Source of the DNA: Octopus sinensis
Taxonomy: Eukaryota
NCBI RefSeq assembly: GCF_006345805.1
Contig: NC_043011.1
Coordinates: forward strand, 24,812,464-24,876,463
DNA: 64,000 bases
Reading direction: 5' to 3'
Shown: positions 25,261-37,200 of the stretch, piece after piece
Numbering within the stretch: the stretch's first letter is position 1
Layout: every line of letters starts with the position of its first letter
Made by a program: the position numbers and the translations under genes
Notes under the pieces: generated by a model
Databases searched by the model: none
Told to the model about the DNA's origin: nothing
Seen by the model: the letters and a program-made list of their open reading frames with translations, nothing else

Positions 25261-26414
25261 TATATATATATATATATATATATTATATATTCAAATATAA
25301 TATATATATTCAAATAAATGAATAAAATTAACAGACAATAAGAGGATGTGCAGAAGAAATGTATTAGCTTGAGGCTCTGTGAAAAGAGAGAGTTTGACAT
25401 GCTGAGCATAGCCCTTCATCGGAAAGGAGAAAGGAAAATGTCCAAAGGAAAAGAAATTGCCAACAGCATGTGTAGTTAGACAGAAACAAGAATGGACACA
25501 GCTGGAACAACTTTGACTGTAGGCCTGCTCAATAAGCACTAACAGGGTGCTCAACAACAATTTGACTGATAGTTGCAAAATGCATTACACCTTTCCCTGA
25601 CTGTCACAGCATATATTGCAGATAATCAATATTGTGGTTGTGTAAGTTAGTATAAGGCAGCAGGACAAATTCTACTTTCTACCACCATTATGTACAATCT
25701 CTGTTATGTGAGCCAACAAGGAAGCTTCTAGTCTAGAAGTAGCAACCAAATCTCTCTCAAATTACACCTTACCACCTTGAAAGGATAATGAAAGGATACC
25801 ACCTTGAAAGGATAATTGGATAATGTAGTCCCAGGTACTTTGAAAAAAATTCATAAAAAACCCAACCCGCCAGGGGTTGTAGACTTGCAAGCTGCATGAC
25901 AATTTCACTAGTGCCTGTAGTAACAAAAAATAAAATAAAAAAACCACCCTGTACACATCGTAAAGTAGTTGGTATTAGGAAGGACATCCAGCAGTAGACA
26001 CTATGCCAAATCAAAGACTAGGGCACAATGCAGTCCTTGGATCCTGTCAAACTGTCCAACCCATATCGGCTTGGAATATGGACATTAAATGAGGATGATA
26101 TCATCATCACTGCTATCTCTATCCTTTACATATGTCATGTTAGATACTGGTTTCACATTTTGGCACAAGGCCAGCAAGTTCTGGAAAGGGGACAACTCAA
26201 TTACACTGACCCCAGTGCTCAACTGGTACTTATTTCATCGAGCCCAAAAGAATGAAAGACAAGGTTGACTATGGCAGAATTTAAACTCAGAACGTAAAGA
26301 TGGATGAAATGCCAGTAAGCATTTTTCCCAGTGTGCTAACAATTCTGCCAGCTTGCCGCCTTCAGATATACAAAGAGATATAAAAAAAAAGGTGGTAAAT
26401 GCATTGTGACTTAC

Positions 26415-26541
26415 CAAGCCTTCTGGAAGTTTTAACAAGCCTGGAAACTTTCTTTTGCATCGGTATACAAAGACCAGTTATTGATCGGTTGAACAGCTGG
26501 CCAGTGAATGGTGAAACAAACTGACTTAATAACTGCACATT
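26415..26541 (-). CDS. MRPS18C: MRPS18C exon 4 (S18 core)
   Basis: NVQLLSQFVSPFTGQLFNRSITGLCIPMQKKVSRLVKTSRRL matches the S18 signature NVQLLSQFVSPFTG...ITGLC. ttttcAG and GTAAGT sites. Confidence 0.95.
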
Positions 26542-26594
26542 CTGAAAATATAACCAGAAATTGGTGAGCTATACTCTATAGCTGTCTTTAACAT

Positions 26595-26895
26595 ATCACA
26601 ATATAATACATAAGAGAGATAATATAATACATGTGTAATACACAAAGAGAGGCAATACTTATGTAATACACACAAAGATAATACAATATAAACATAATAC
26701 AGAGAAAGAAACAGGCTCTAATATATATATAATACACAGAGGCAATATAATACATCTGTAGTACATACAGAGAAAATATAATACATATTTAATAAAGAGA
26801 CAATAGATATGTAATAAAATATGTGTATGAGAAACAATACAAGTAACACATGCAGAGACAATATATTACACATTAATACAGAGAGACAAAATAAT
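26595..26895. repeat. Degenerate minisatellite (GAGA..CAATATAATACA-like units)
   Basis: Recurrent GAGACAATA/GGCAATATAATACA words at roughly 30-nt spacing. Confidence 0.55.
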
Positions 26896-27017
26896 CACCA
26901 TCAATGTTTTTACATGTGTTTTGTTTCTTTTTCTAAACCATGTTGGCATGGCTTGGACCAAAGTTTCTTGGCAGCTGCCTTTTCCCCGGTACCAACCCAT
27001 CCGACAACTGTGATTGT

Positions 27018-27062
27018 CACACGCCGATGACAGGTCAATGCTCAGAAACTCGAGTCCGTGTG
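27018..27062 (+). ncRNA. Type I hammerhead ribozyme motif, copy 1
   Basis: CACACG-CCGATGA-cagg tcaatg ctca-GAAA-CTCGAG-TC/CGTGTG. Perfect 6-bp stem I, palindromic stem III, GUC cleavage triplet; stem II eroded; U4 replaced by C. Confidence 0.7.
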
Positions 27063-27370
27063 TATCATAAGTTAAAGACGGGAAGGATGGCTTCCCTTTG
27101 CAAACACTGATAGGGCACAGAAAGTGTGTCTATAGCCAGTTGGAGGAGGTGTCCTCCTGGGGCTACAAACTACAGTAGCATCCACCCTTAGGGGTTAGCC
27201 ATATTTAAATGGCAAATATACGTCATGATGTGTTGCTGCTACTGTTTATAACTCGCTCTGAGATTTATCATTGTTTGATTTCACTTTTTCAATATCAATG
27301 TCAATTGATACTGGAAAAAGTATATGTATTTGTGAAGGGAGCCTTACTTCTCATCGACAACTATGATTGT

Positions 27371-27415
27371 CACACGCCGATGACGGGTCAATACTCTGAA
27401 ACTCGAGTCCATGTG
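27371..27415 (+). ncRNA. Type I hammerhead ribozyme motif, copy 2
   Basis: CACACG-CCGATGA-cggg tcaata ctct-GAAA-CTCGAG-TC/CATGTG. One stem I mismatch; 3 bp of stem II intact. Confidence 0.68.
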
Positions 27416-28094
27416 TATCATAAGTTGAAGACGGGAAGGATGGCTTCCCTTTGCAAATACTGATAGGGCACAGAAAGTGTGTCTATAGCCAGTTGGAGGA
27501 GGTGTCCTCCTGGGGCTACAAACTACAGTAGCATCCACCCTTAGGGGTTAGCCATATTTAAATGGCAAATATACATCACAACCCCTCCTTATTTTCTGAG
27601 AATGGTACTCAATTCCACTGGTATCTGCAACGTAACCAGAACTATGTTATTTAACATGTCCCTTTTTTCTTTTTAAGATGACATGTAAGGTATGACTTAA
27701 GGGAGATTTGACTGCTATTTCTAACAGATCAAGTACCAATGCTGGCACTCGTTTACAACTATTACACAGAATCAAAGGGGACAGTAACACATATATATCA
27801 TCATCATTTTTACATCCACTTTTCCATGCTCACCTGGGTTGAACAGAATTTTTGTTGAAACCCTTTCTTTTTTGAAAAATCTCACCTGTTTCCAGATAAT
27901 TCTTTTATTCTTTTACTTGTTCTAGTCATTTGACTGTGGCCATGCTAGATTACCACCTTGAAGGATTTTAGTCAAAGAAATTGACCCTAAAACTTATTCT
28001 ACCGGTTTCTTCTGCAGACAGCTAAATTACAGGGACATAGACACACCAGTCAAGCGATGGTGGGGGTACAAACACAGAAACACACACACAAATA

Positions 28095-28570
28095 TATATA
28101 TATATCGAAATCAAATTCGATGACTGGCATCCATACAAGTGGAGCGCTAAGAGCACCATCTAAGCATGATCGTTGCCAGAGCAGCCAACTTACAAAGATA
28201 AAAGAAGTACTCACAAACCTAGACCAATGCCTTAATGTACTTCTGATGGGTGACTTCAACTTCCCTAACATTAAATGGCCCGAAGGTGTCATAACCTCAG
28301 GGCTGAGACGAACAGAATGCAATCAAGCAGAATCTCATGAAAATGATGTTCATGGAGCAGACCATACTTTCCCCAACCAGGAATAACAACATCCTGGATC
28401 TCTGCTTCACAAGCAATATGGACCTTATCCACAACATAAAAATATCACCATCAACTCATTCAGACCACAACACGATAGAACTGTCAATATATGGTCCAAA
28501 GTTAATTAAAGAATCATAGAACACTGCTGAATCCCAAGCACTAGCCAACCTAAACTTCTACGAGGCTATA
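28095..28570 (+). pseudogene. LINE (CR1/L2/Jockey-type) AP-endonuclease fragment
   Basis: LMGDFNFPNIKW, PTRNNNILDLCFTS and SDHNTI motifs with a frameshift; lies between SINE B pieces. Confidence 0.85.
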
Positions 28571-28574
28571 TATA

Positions 28575-28759
28575 TTCTTTTGTTTCAGTCATTTGACTGT
28601 GGCCATGCTGGAACACTGCCTTTAGTCGAAAAAAATCGACCCTAGGACTTAATCTTTGTAAGCCTAATACTTACTGTATTGGTCTCTTTTGCCAAACTGC
28701 TAAGTTACGGGGACGTAAGCACACCAACACCAGTTGTCAAGCAATGATGGGGTGGGGGG

Positions 28760-28811
<52 letters not shown>

Positions 28812-28973
28812 ATACACACACACAACAGCTTCCATATATGGTATCCACTCACAAGCTTTAGTCGGCCTGAGGCTATGGTGGAAGATACTTGCCCAAGGTG
28901 CCGCACAGTGGGATTGAACTAAAAATCATGTGGTTGGTAAGCAAGCTACTTACCACACAGCCACTCCTGCACC
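28575..28973 (-). mobile_element. SINE family B
   Basis: Reverse complement of the family B sequence. Confidence 0.85.
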
Positions 28974-29005
28974 TATTATATCTATATATATATATATATA
29001 TATAT

Positions 29006-30154
29006 ACTAGCAGAAAAACCACCCTCTGGGCAGTCTTTCTGCTGGCTCCTTGATAATATTTTCACATTTGATTCCCATTTCTAATAATTTTAATATTTTA
29101 CGTTTATTTCTTTGTATAATAGTGCCCAGTTGCTTAGTAAATATTGCTTTCATTATTTTATCAGTCATAAAATCTCTTTTTTAAATAAACATCACAGTAG
29201 TCCAACAACAGAGGGAGAAGCAGTTTGTCAAGTTTTACTTTCCCTCAAAGTAATATAGAGATTTCAATTTACAGTGTGTGTGTGAGAGAGAAAGAGAACA
29301 TTACAAACAAAGAATGAAATAAACATGAAATGAAAAAATCGTATAAATAAAAGAGCATTACTACATCCAGAAAAATGGATACTTTTTAACAAAATTTTCT
29401 ACAAATACCACTTAGATGTTGTGGCTTCAGAGTATATAGGGATTTATGGGAAAGAATTTTTGCAAGGGGATGGAGAGAGGAGTTTCAGAAAATTCACACA
29501 ATCTGACTTTTTTTTACCTCATAACTTTCAGGGAGATGGGTATCTTTTAATGAAAATTTATACAAATCCCTTTCAAACAGCATAGATTACGATTATTAAG
29601 TTTTGGGGAGTCGCTGGCAATGTATCGTGATGATCAAAAATCCGACCAGCTAAAATTTGGTTAAAGTGATTCAAACTGCAGACTCAACACAAAATGGTCA
29701 CATTTAATTCAAAGCGTTAAAAATGTTATGAAAACAATTGGTATGTGTTCACAAAGTCCAAACGATTAATACGAAAAAATCCTCCAGGCTACAATCCCGA
29801 AAATTCATTTCTTTGCCGAATTTCTACAATGTTTACGGCGATTCGTTTTTATATCTTGATTTTTTATTTTTCATGCAATTTACACATGCTAACACGCATG
29901 GTGAACCCAGTTCACGTCAAACAGCTGACTGAGTAAAGTTCACTATTCAATGCATAGGATAAGGCCTAAACAAACACATTATCGATCTTTGCACTTGCGA
30001 GATGAATTTCGGAACAGAAATAGCGCAGTTCAATTTTCATTCACCTAAACTTTAAGTGACCCATTTTTGGTGGTTCTACGATTTGTTGGCTAGGAGGAGA
30101 TGTGCCGGGAAGTTAAACACACAGACACACAAGTTGAGTTTTATATATATAGAT
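29006..30154. mobile_element. Possible Helentron/DINE-1-like non-autonomous element
   Basis: Starts ACTAG after a (TA)n run, ends ACACACAGACACAC...TTATATATATAGAT, with a CpG-richer body. Confidence 0.45.
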
Positions 30155-30685
30155 TATAATAATAAGCTTGTCTGTAAGTCTGCAAACCCAAGCATCATGT
30201 GTATATGTAGCTCCATATAAATAGTGATGATGATGATTACAATTACACATCACTCATTTCTAGCTCATCTAGAAATGCAGTGAACTGCACATCTCTCAGA
30301 TATAGAGTTTTATTCTCAACAGTAAATTTCTCATAAGGGTAACATATTTATAAAGATTCAAACTCAACTGGACAACTGTCATCATTATCATGATTTAATG
30401 TCCACCTTTCCATACTTGCATGGGTCAGACAGAATTTGCTGAGGCAGATTTTTTTCTACAGCTCGATGCCCTTCCTGTTGCCAACCTTCAGCTGTTACCA
30501 GATAAGGTAATATTTCCCCATGACTAGATATGTTTTCACAAAAGATTGGAAATGAAGGAAACTGCTGGTATGATGGTGATACTTGTTTACAACTATTAAA
30601 CAAAGTCAACACACACACACACAAACATACTTGCAGGCAGGTGTACACACACACACACATATGCAAACATATATATTGCTGTCAA

Positions 30686-30917
30686 GGCGGCGAGCTGGCA
30701 GAATCGTTAGCGCGCCGGGCGAAATGCTTAGCGGTAGTTCGTCTGACGTTACGTTCTGAGTTCAAATTCTGCCGAGGTAGACTTTGCCTTTCATCCTTTC
30801 GGGGTTGATAAATAAAGTACCAGTTTCGCACTGGGGTCGATGTAATCGACTTAATCCATTTGTCTGTCCTTGTTTGTTCCCTCTATATTTAGCCCCTTGT
30901 GGGTAGTAAAGAAATAT
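30686..30917 (+). mobile_element. tRNA-derived SINE (family C)
   Basis: GGCGGCGAGCTGGCAGAATCGTTAG head, GAGTTCAAATTC B-box, and GTAAAGAAATA tail. Confidence 0.82.
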
Positions 30918-31497
30918 ATATATTGCTGTCACAGGCAGCCTTCAACTTTTTCCATCTAAAGAGATTTTAAACCCAATTTACATGCTATTATTTATAGCTT
31001 TATCTGCTTAAAGCTTCACCATTCCAAAGAGCATATATATATACACTTGTGGAAGAGGTAGACCCAGGAAGACATGGGATGAGGTGGTGAAGCATGATCT
31101 TCAAATGCTGGGCCTCATGTAGTGATGACAAGTTACCTTTGGTAATATGCTGTGCTTGATAAGACTCATCAAGCCAAACAAAATAGTAGTCATGGCCAAT
31201 GCTGGTGTCACATAACTAACTAGCACCCATGCCAGTGGCATGTAAAAAGAACCTATTATACTCTTGGAGTGGTTGGCATTAGGAAGGGCGTCCAGCCATA
31301 GAGACCATGCCAAATCAAACTGGAACTTGGTACAGCTCTCTGGCTTACCAGTTTCAGTGAAACCGTCCAACCTATGCCAGCAATGAAAGCTGACACTAAA
31401 TGATGATGATATATATACATATATATACACAACAGGTTTGTTTCATTCTCTGTCTACTAAAACCAGTCACAAGGCTTTGGTTAGCTCAAGGATATAT

Positions 31498-31722
31498 ATT
31501 TCTTCACTACCCACAAGGGGCTAAACATAGAGGGAACAAACAAGGACAGACAAAGGGATTAAGTCGATTACATCGACCCCAGTGCATAACTGGTACTTAA
31601 TTTATTGACCCCGAAAGGATGAAAGGCAAAGTCAACCTCGGCGGAATTTGAATTCAGAACATAACAGCAGACGAAAATATGGCTACGCATTTCGTCCGGT
31701 GTGCTAACGTTTCTGCCAGCTC
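31498..31722 (-). mobile_element. SINE family C, inverted relative to the 30686 copy
   Basis: Reverse complement of the 30686-30917 copy. More copies at about 26140-26362, 45585-45796 and 45825-46003. Confidence 0.82.
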
Positions 31723-32021
31723 AAGGATATAGTAGAAGACATTTGCCAAAGATCCCACATAGTGTGATTGAAGCAAACTTCTTACTGCACCGCTATGCCT
31801 GCATCTATCATACAATAGTACCATCTTTAATAAAGCTTTAACCACAACTACACATCTGTCATACATAAAATGTTCATAAAATTTACATGTCTTACAGTAT
31901 ATTTTTTCATATGCATCATATAATCTACAGCCTGTATTGTCATATACTGTAAAATACTGAATATTACAATGCTGGCTGTAAAATACATGTGCTATATGTA
32001 GTTTATTCAACAATATCTTAC

Positions 32022-32105
32022 CTTGTAGTCTAGTTTTACATCATGTTGACACAAAACACATCTCTTATATGGCTTTGTGTAAGGATTGGGCATTGAGGAT
32101 ACAGG
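32022..32105 (-). CDS. MRPS18C: MRPS18C exon 3
   Basis: PVSSMPNPYTKPYKRCVLCQHDVKLDYK matches human [25 protein letters not shown], including the CxxC zinc ligands. AG/GTAAGA splice sites. Confidence 0.93.
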
Positions 32106-32311
32106 CTAAAAAACAAAAATCAAGAACACTATTAATTATTTGTGTTGGGTAGTTATTAAAACAAAACTAAACAATTACAACATATCAATAAAATTCTATT
32201 TACTGTGTGAGAGACTGAACACAAGCAGATAATAACTGTTTAGACTATTGAAAGATTTAACCTTTCAATTGATATTAGATTGATATCTACCTGAAATCAT
32301 CACAGGTTCTA

Positions 32312-32670
32312 CTCACTGTTTTACTTGTTTTAGTCATTTGATTGCGACCATGCTGGAGCACCGCCTTTAATCGAGCAACTCGACCCCAGGACTTATTCTT
32401 TGTAAGTCCAGTACTTATTCTATCGGTCTCTTTTGCCGAACAGCTAAGTGACGGGGACATAAACACACCAGCATCGGTTGTCAAGCAATGCTAGGGGGAC
32501 AAACACAGACACACAAACACACATATATATATATACAACGGGCTACCAAATCCACTCACAAGGCTTTGGTCGGCCCGAGGCTATAGTAGAAGACACTTGT
32601 CCAATGTGCCACACAGTGGGACTGAACCCGGAACTATGTGGTTGGTAAACAAGCTACTTACCACACAGCC
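32312..32670 (-). mobile_element. SINE family B
   Basis: Reverse complement of the family B sequence. Confidence 0.85.
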
Positions 32671-34360
32671 TATAACATTCTGTTGTAATTAGTTATGAAC
32701 TTTTTAAGTTATGTTCCAATCCACTGACTTAATAAGAACAAAGTTATTTTATTAAATCCTTCAAAATAACTGAATATATCTTCAAATTAATTGAAACACA
32801 TAGTTTGTATAAATAGGGTCATAAAAGAGTTAGGATCATCACCACCATATTAACACCCACTTTTCATGCTTGCATGGGTCAGACGAAGTTTATTGAGGCA
32901 GATTTTTCAACAACAGGATGCCCTTCCTGTCACCAACCCAGGTAATATTTCCCCCATGGTTAGCCATGTATTTGCAAATATTGGAAATAAATGATTCTGC
33001 TTGCAAGACAGTGACGACATTTACAACTATCATGTGATGTCAAAACAAAAACACACACAATGAGTTTCTTTGTGTCTCCATCTACCAAATCCACACACAT
33101 ACACATATATATACACACACACATACACACACACATGCGCACACATATACACACACACGCACACATATATACACACATATATATAATGGATAATAATGTG
33201 ATAGTTTTAAGTTGTATTTATTTATCACCCGACAAGATACATCTGCACCACTGGATGCTTCTGAAGCAGTTGTTGAGTGTCCCACCTAAGAGGAATCGAT
33301 GCAAGAAGTGTCGAAATAACTGTCATGATTAATAATAAATTCTCATACAGTCCATTCTCTTTCATTTGGGTACGTATTTGGGTACAGGACATCAAAAAAA
33401 CGTGAACATGAAAAATGAGAACAGGTAAAACAAGAACATGGAAAACAAACTTTTTTTCGAACAACAAAAGAAACAAATAGAGAAACGAGACAGGCAACAT
33501 GAAGAACAGCCCCTTCATCAGTTGTCCCGTTTTATCTACTCCGCATTTCGAATGCTTGGGACAAGACACATCTTCATTAAAACAGTTGTTCCTGCAAAGC
33601 AAATTAAATAAAATTTGGGATATGCAGAGGGTTAAAGTGGTAACAAAAATAGGACAGTAAGAACAAAACAGTGAAAACAAACGGTAAGGGCTGTTGAGCC
33701 ATAACAAGGTGAAGTGGTAAACACTGGAGAAACGAGCTTTGACAGGAGACAGGCAAAAATGTGTGTTGTCTCTTGTAAGGCAATGAGAAGAAAGAAAGAT
33801 AGCCGCTGGTCATGTGTGAGCAACAAGAGTGAGGGAGAGAGAGAGGGAAAGAAAGAGAATGGTGAAGGGGAGGAGAAGAATTAGGGAGGGGTGGGAGAGA
33901 AAACAGGAAGTAAGAAGAATAAGAGAGGGGTGATAGTGATAAGTTAGTTATAAAGAGTCGCATCAGAATTATTAAGATAAAACTTACTTGGAAATGGATG
34001 CATGGTGTTCAATCATATAATAATAATATAAATAATATACATATGCATATATACATATATGTACATACCTACATATATATGTATATACACACAATGAGTT
34101 TTTTTACGTTTCCATTTACCAAATCTACTCACAAAACTTTGGTTGGTCCACAGCTGTAGAAGGTGCCATGGAGTGAGGCTGAACTTGAGAGCATTTGATT
34201 GAGAAGCATAATTCTTAATCACTCAGAACGCTTGCACCTATTACGGTAAGATGGTTTTTACACTTACATAAACTTGGGCAAGCATTTTCTGTTATAGTCC
34301 AGTCTAACCAAAGCTTTGTGAGTGGATTTGGTAGATGGAAACTGAAAAAAGTCTGTTATA

Positions 34361-34584
34361 TATTAGTGGCTGCTGAAAAGTTCCTGGTTTTAAGGGCATC
34401 ATGAAAGGTCTGGTTGAAGGCCCAACCTTCCAAGTTTTTTTTTTACAGGACTTAGAAAAACTGAAGGACCACTGCAATAAGTGTATGAATCTGAGAGGGG
34501 AATATGTTGTATAAAACCATAATCAACTGATCCTCCTGTATTTTCTTTTACCCAAAGCCAGGAACTGCTCGGCACCCCCTTGTA
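34361..34584 (+). mobile_element. Mariner-derived MITE
   Basis: Terminal inverted repeats GCTGCTGAAAAGTTCCTGG / CCAGGAACTGCTCGGCACC, TA ends, and a transposase C-terminal remnant LEKLKDHCNKCMNLRGEYVV*. Confidence 0.8.
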
Positions 34585-35111
34585 TATGTGCGTGAGTGTG
34601 CATGAGTTAGTGTCCCTTTGCCTTGACACCATGTGATAGTTTTAAGTTAGTGTCACACACACAGCCATGCAAGCGGTGTCCTCCATTTACAGCTTTCCAT
34701 GAAAAACAAGTCTGGTTATGGGGAAATAATTGCCTTACTTGGCAACAGGAAAGGCACCTGGTCACAGAAACTCTACCTCAACAAATTTTGTCTGACCCAT
34801 GCGAGCATGGAAAATTAAACATTCAAACAATGATAATGATGAACAGATATCTCATTGCTTATTACAAAGAATCCACCTTAATGAATACACAACTTCTGAC
34901 AGTTTATTCAGATTAGTAATTAGAACATTGCCAGAACCCAAAATATATAAACCACAATATTGATTTCTAATAAACAAGATCTTAGGTTTTGTAGGAAGGA
35001 ATTTAGTTGACTGTCTCAACCTCAATAGATGACTGGTATTTCTTGTAACAGCACAGGAAAGATAGTACTTATTAAATGTTACTGAATACTGCAAAATATT
35101 GCCTGGTACTC

Positions 35112-35386
35112 TATTTGTCACCCACGACTCTCAATGGGGAATTGGATTGGGGGCTCTATTCACCTTAAGTGCTGGCATAGCTGTGTGGTTATGAAGCTTG
35201 CTTCTTAAGCAAGTGGTCTTGGGTTGAATCCCAGTGTAGCACCTTGAGCAAGTGTCTTCTATTGCAGCCCCCAGGCTGACCAAAGCCTTGAGAGTGGATT
35301 TGGTAGATGGAAACTGAAAAGAAGCCCACTTAAGGTGAATAGAGCCCCCAATCCAATTCCCCATTGAGAGTCGTGGGTGACAAATA
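35112..35386. repeat. Perfect 60-bp inverted repeat enclosing a SINE 5' fragment
   Basis: 35112-35171 equals the reverse complement of 35327-35386, with TA at both outer ends. Confidence 0.9.
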
Positions 35387-35675
35387 CACCTTATGCTTTA
35401 ACTCTTCAGTATTCAAACCAGCCAGATACAGCTTCTCATACCTACCCTACAATGTCCTTTTCAAAAAAGCAATCACATTATGAAAATCTCAAAGCTACCA
35501 GATAATCCATGATTAATTGAAAACAACAAAAATAGGCATGATATTTGACAAAATTATCTGAATGCTAAAGGGTTAAAAAAAATCTGTAAGTCACAGCTGA
35601 AATGTTGTTACTCATAAGACTGCTTAACTACAGACGACTTGGGTGCTAAACAACAAAATAAAGCATCTTACTAAC

Positions 35676-35848
35676 CTCATTCTCTTTATATTCTTTTAAA
35701 AGTTTTGTAATTTCTTCAGGGTTATGTTCTATATGTGGTTCCATGAAAGGGTGTTTGGGCAGAAACTTTAATGGGGTTTTATATTTCCGCTCTGAAATAG
35801 GCTTCTTTTTGACTACTGTGAAAGACAGACATGGTATCTGAACCAGTT
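35676..35848 (-). CDS. MRPS18C: MRPS18C exon 2
   Basis: ctttctttctttcAG acceptor; GAG|GTTAGT donor; open, phase 1 to 0: LVQIPCLSFTVVKKKPISERKYKTPLKFLPKHPFMEPHIEHNPEEITKLLKEYKENE. Confidence 0.8.
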
Positions 35849-36261
35849 CTGAAAGAAAGAAAGCAAAAGAAACAGGTTTTAATTCTCTAGCATTTAAACC
35901 AGCTATATCCAGCCCAAAAATATCCTACCTGTTTTATGTCCAAACCAACCAGGTCAGGCCTCTCACACCTACTCCACAATGTCCTTCTAAAATGAATAAT
36001 GGCATCACCAAAATCTCCAAGCTATGAAATAATGCAGGATTAATTCAAGCACCAACCAATCGTGGCCATTTGCCAGCCTCCTCTGGCCCCTGTGCCGGTG
36101 GCATGTAAAAAGCACCCACTACACTCACTCTCTCCCTAATTAGTTGGGTTATGCCAGATCAGACTGGAGCCTGGTGCAGCCTCCTGGCTTGCCAGACCCC
36201 AGTCAAGCCATCCAACCCATGCCAGCATGGAAAAAGGATGTTAAACAATGATGATGATGAT

Positions 36262-37200
36262 GACCCTCTCCTTGAGTTTCATTACCTGATCCAACAACTT
36301 GATACCTCTATAATTATTTGTATCTAATGCATCACCTTTAACTTTGTAGCAGTTGACTATGGTGCTGCTACACCAGTCATTGGGTAGGACTCCTTCATGC
36401 ATCACCTGATTGACTATATGGGTGACTAGACTATAACCGATACCACAAAATATTTTAAGCATCTCTGTGGTGATTCCTGATGGGCAGGGGGCTTTCCCTG
36501 TCTTCATACCCTTAATTGCTTTATCGACAAGGTACTGTCAATTTGGATAGCTGGTTCCCCTGTTGGGTTGACATTCGGCAGACTCTCTTTCTCCCATTTA
36601 GCAACCTTTCACAGTGGTGTCTCCAAGTCTCTTTCTTTGTAGCCTCATTAAATGCAAGTCAGCCACCATCCATGCAGACACAATTCTCTCCTATGACATC
36701 ATAATTCTCTCTCGCACACAGTCTTGCAACACAAAACACTTCAGGTCTTTGGTCCTCACGATGCAGAACATTGGCAAATTTTTTCTTATCTGCTTCTAAG
36801 TAAACCTGTCTCCTAGCTTCCTTTCTGGCAATCTGATACAATTCCCTGCTACCACCATTCTTCCAGTCTTTCCATGCCTGTTTCTTTTCCCTAATGGCCC
36901 TGTCAACTACATTGTTCCACCACCACGTTATCTTGAGTCAAGAGAGGACTTTGCATCATTCACAGATCTGGTCAGTAGCCCTCAACAGGTTGTCTCATAG
37001 GAACCTCCAGTTATCTTCCACATCATGTGATGTTACATCCTCCTTTATTTCATCAAACGCTTCAAGTAATACGTCTCTAAATCTCTGTCCATTTGCAGGA
37101 CCCTTAAGCTACCAGACCCTTCTTCTTCATGTTGGTCATCTTCTGGGCATCCATTTAGCCCTGATCCTGAAGCCGCTAACTACTAATCTATGTTGTGGGG
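36262..37200 (-). pseudogene. RTE-type LINE ORF2 fragment
   Basis: MKTGKAPCPSGITTEMLK...YKVKGDALDTNNYRGIKLLDQVMK corresponds to the RT N-terminal GKAPG and NYRGI motifs; disrupted. Confidence 0.85.

Larger units (their letters stand above)
27002..27578 (+). mobile_element. Hammerhead-containing tandem element (non-LTR retrozyme-like), 353-bp period
   Basis: Direct repeats at 27002-27225 and 27355-27578, each with a type I hammerhead fold. Flanked by caacccatc (26993-27001) and caacccctc (27579-27587), an 8/9 match consistent with a target-site duplication. Confidence 0.75.

Noticed and set aside
34852-35121. 89-aa - strand ORF with an acceptor-like site, as an extra MRPS18C exon
   Set aside because: Exon 2 (ENE) joins exon 3 (PVSSMPNPY) in frame as in the human protein. 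There is no S18 similarity and no convincing in-phase donor.
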